A stretch of 64,000 nt of DNA from positions 55,678,001 to 55,742,000 of the forward strand of contig CM059432.1 of the NCBI GenBank assembly GCA_030390025.1, given 5' to 3'. The position numbers and the translations under genes are program-made. Position 1 is the stretch's first letter. Each line of letters opens with the position of its first letter. Source of the DNA: Squalus acanthias. Lineage: Eukaryota. The notes beneath the pieces were generated by a model. That model had not been told where the DNA came from. It was given only the letters and a program-made list of their open reading frames with translations, and did no database searches. This document shows, one piece after another, positions 61,734 to 64,000 of this stretch.

Positions 61734-62239
61734 GGAGGAAAAATTGGGTTGGTATGCGCAAATCCCCCAGCGCCCGGGCGCGGCACCACTAACGCCTCCT
61801 GCGAAATTCAGCGGGAGGTTAGCGGCAGCAGTAGCCGGTAGCACCCCGTGCCGCTGCGTCGCGGGCGATGACGTCATCGCTGTGCGCAGCGCCCCAGCCG
61901 CAAACTTTCCTTGCACCCCTGACCTATCAGCGGACGATATGTCTGACAAGATCGGGGGCGTATTTGCAGCAGCGGTGGCGCTACTTAAAGGGCAGGTGTC
62001 GGGCGGCCATTTTTATTTTGGCCAACTGCTAGCACTTTCCCCTTTCACTTTTTTATGCGAGGTGCCGGCCGCGATCGCTCAGTTTGAGTGTAGGGCTGTT
62101 TTCACGGCACCTCGCTCCTCCTGCTTGGGGCGCTACTACTGAATTTATGGGGGAGGGGGTGCTAACTTTTTCGGGGTGCTAAAATTAGCGCCCCGGCAAC
62201 GTTAGCGCCCCAAAATGGGCACCACCCAATTTTTCCCCC
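61734..62239. mobile_element. Harbinger MITE, 506 bp
   Basis: TIRs GGAGGAAAAATTGGGT / ACCCAATTTTTCCCCC and TSD CTA/CTA. Confidence 0.9.
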
Positions 62240-62772
62240 CTAGTGTCTGGAATACCATCCACTGAAAAAAGTGGGCTCCATAAGAACATAAGAAAGTTCA
62301 GAACAGAAAAGCATAATTTGGCTATCAAGCCTGCTCCTTCCACAGACTGCTGGTAGTGATTGCCCGACCTTATATTTCACATAAGATCCTTATAGCCAGC
62401 AGACTTTCATCCTGTCAGTCAGGGCTGGATTCTAAGTCAGTCCCAACAGTGAAAGTGCAGTGTGTTAAATCACAATTGCAACCAGTCCCACAGATGATAC
62501 TTTTGAACAGTGAAATGCAATGTTTCAAAAAATAGCTACTCAGCCATCAGGGAAATTCAAATATTTTAATGGGTGCAGATCATTGATGACAAACCAACCA
62601 TCATTTTTAATTTTAATTCATTATAATGGATATTCAGGATAGCATTCCAGTGACATGTTAGGAATTTAAGTGTCATCAGTGTTTGTAAATACAGTTGATA
62701 TCATAAAGGAAAGTATTTTGTTGTATAGCATACATTTTATTTAGTGTTCTCCCATTATCTCCTGAACACACG

Positions 62773-64000
62773 GGCCTAGAAATTGGTCTGCCCCCGAAAA
62801 CGAGCGCGAGGATCGCAATGCGCTGGCAACCCGCGTCCGTTCAAAGGACTGCAGGCAGCACACGAACTTTGTGCTGCTTGCTCGTTTGCATGATTGTGGC
62901 ATTTAGCCCAGTGCTGAATGCGCTGCTGAGTGGCTGAAGGCTCAGCAGGGGGCCCAAGTTTGTGCGAGGCTAGCACCAATTAAAGCTAGCCTGCACTACT
63001 TAAAGGCAGTCTGCACCTCTTAAAGGGGAGGTGCATTCTGCCTGCAGCAGATCATTCAACTGGCTGAGGAAGACAGTGCAAAAAAACAATTAATGATGGC
63101 ACAACAGGGGAGAGAGCATGCACCAAGGTTCTCCAATGCAGCACTGGAAGCATTGCTGCAGGAGATCAATAGGAGGAGAGAGGTCTTGTTTCCACAGGGA
63201 GCCAGGAGGCCTTCCAGGCAACAGACCAAAGTGAAGTGGGAGCAGATAGCCAATGTAGTAATTGCCAGCAGTGTAGCCCCGAGGACCTGGACAGAGTGCA
63301 GGAAGAAGATTAATAACCTCACACAAGTGGTCAAGGTGAGTGAATTCATCTTCAAATGCCATATCCCACCATCTGCACCACTAGCCTCACACACTACACA
63401 ATGCACCACACCCCCATCACTCACCTACCAACAATATCTACCAAACATGACTTACAGCTCACATTCACAGCTTCACCTCACCTTCACTCACTTACCACTG
63501 CTGCAAGAGTCACACCCACATCTGACAGCTTGCACACACTGTCAGCCATTCAACCATGACAGGCACATCACCCAAACACATAGACCACACTCACTGACAC
63601 ACTTCCCTTTCTCTTGCAGGAAAAGGTGGGGCATAAACGTCGCCAGCGGAACCTTGCGGGGGATAAGTGCGCCTGAATCACCTCACCCCCTTGGAAGAGA
63701 TGGTGGTGGGCATTCTTGGGAGGGGCATGGCTGAGACCGTGGCCAGCAGCGGGGCTGAAAGAATACAAGATGCTGGTATCCTCATACGTTATCCTCCTTC
63801 TCACATCCCACTTCCCCCTCATCCCACAATCTCTTCTAATTTACAATCTGCACATGGTGTAAGCCTGCACCTCTTGCTTTCCCCCCACCCCCACCTCCCC
63901 TCACCACAACCCTACCCTTGTGCCTTTCTCATTTCATATACCAAAGAAATCCAAACTGCCCAGCCAATAGTTGTAGAAGAAGAGAGAGAGGAGAGTGATG
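62773..64000 (+). mobile_element. Harbinger transposon left part (runs off window)
   Basis: Left end GGCCTAGAAATT preceded by GAACAC-ACG, followed by Myb exons. Confidence 0.82.
63093..63775 (+). pseudogene. Harbinger Myb/SANT-like gene, exon 1 63093-63335 and degenerate exon 2 63620-63775
   Basis: APRFSNAALEALLQEINRRREVLFP...W..IA..V...RTWTECRKKINNL. Donor AAG|GTGAGT, acceptor TTGCAG. Confidence 0.82.

Overview
This is eukaryotic, transposon-dense DNA, most likely from a cartilaginous fish (shark). That assignment is inferred from the CR1/L2/Penelope repeat families, not from any host gene. No prokaryotic operons, rRNA, tRNA or CRISPR arrays are visible. The dominant signal is a cluster of PIF/Harbinger DNA transposons. 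Five large elements carry a 3-exon Myb/SANT-like gene on +, and four of them also carry a convergent HARBI1-type DDE transposase on -. About nine non-autonomous derivatives/MITEs accompany them. Their 3-bp TSDs vary, but the flanks share a palindromic ~15-bp target (about RRAYWC-NNN-GWRTYY), and two different elements sit at the same homologous base of two CR1 copies. The window also holds a 5'-truncated Penelope-like element with an open RT + GIY-YIG frame and a 13-bp TSD, four minimal hammerhead ribozyme motifs in Penelope pLTR-derived inserts, several decayed CR1 and L2 LINEs, a 219-bp solo LTR and a hAT MITE. Two short candidate coding first exons of an unidentified minus-strand host gene lie at 797-847 and 8415-8513. 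All calls come from reading the sequence by eye; no searches were run.
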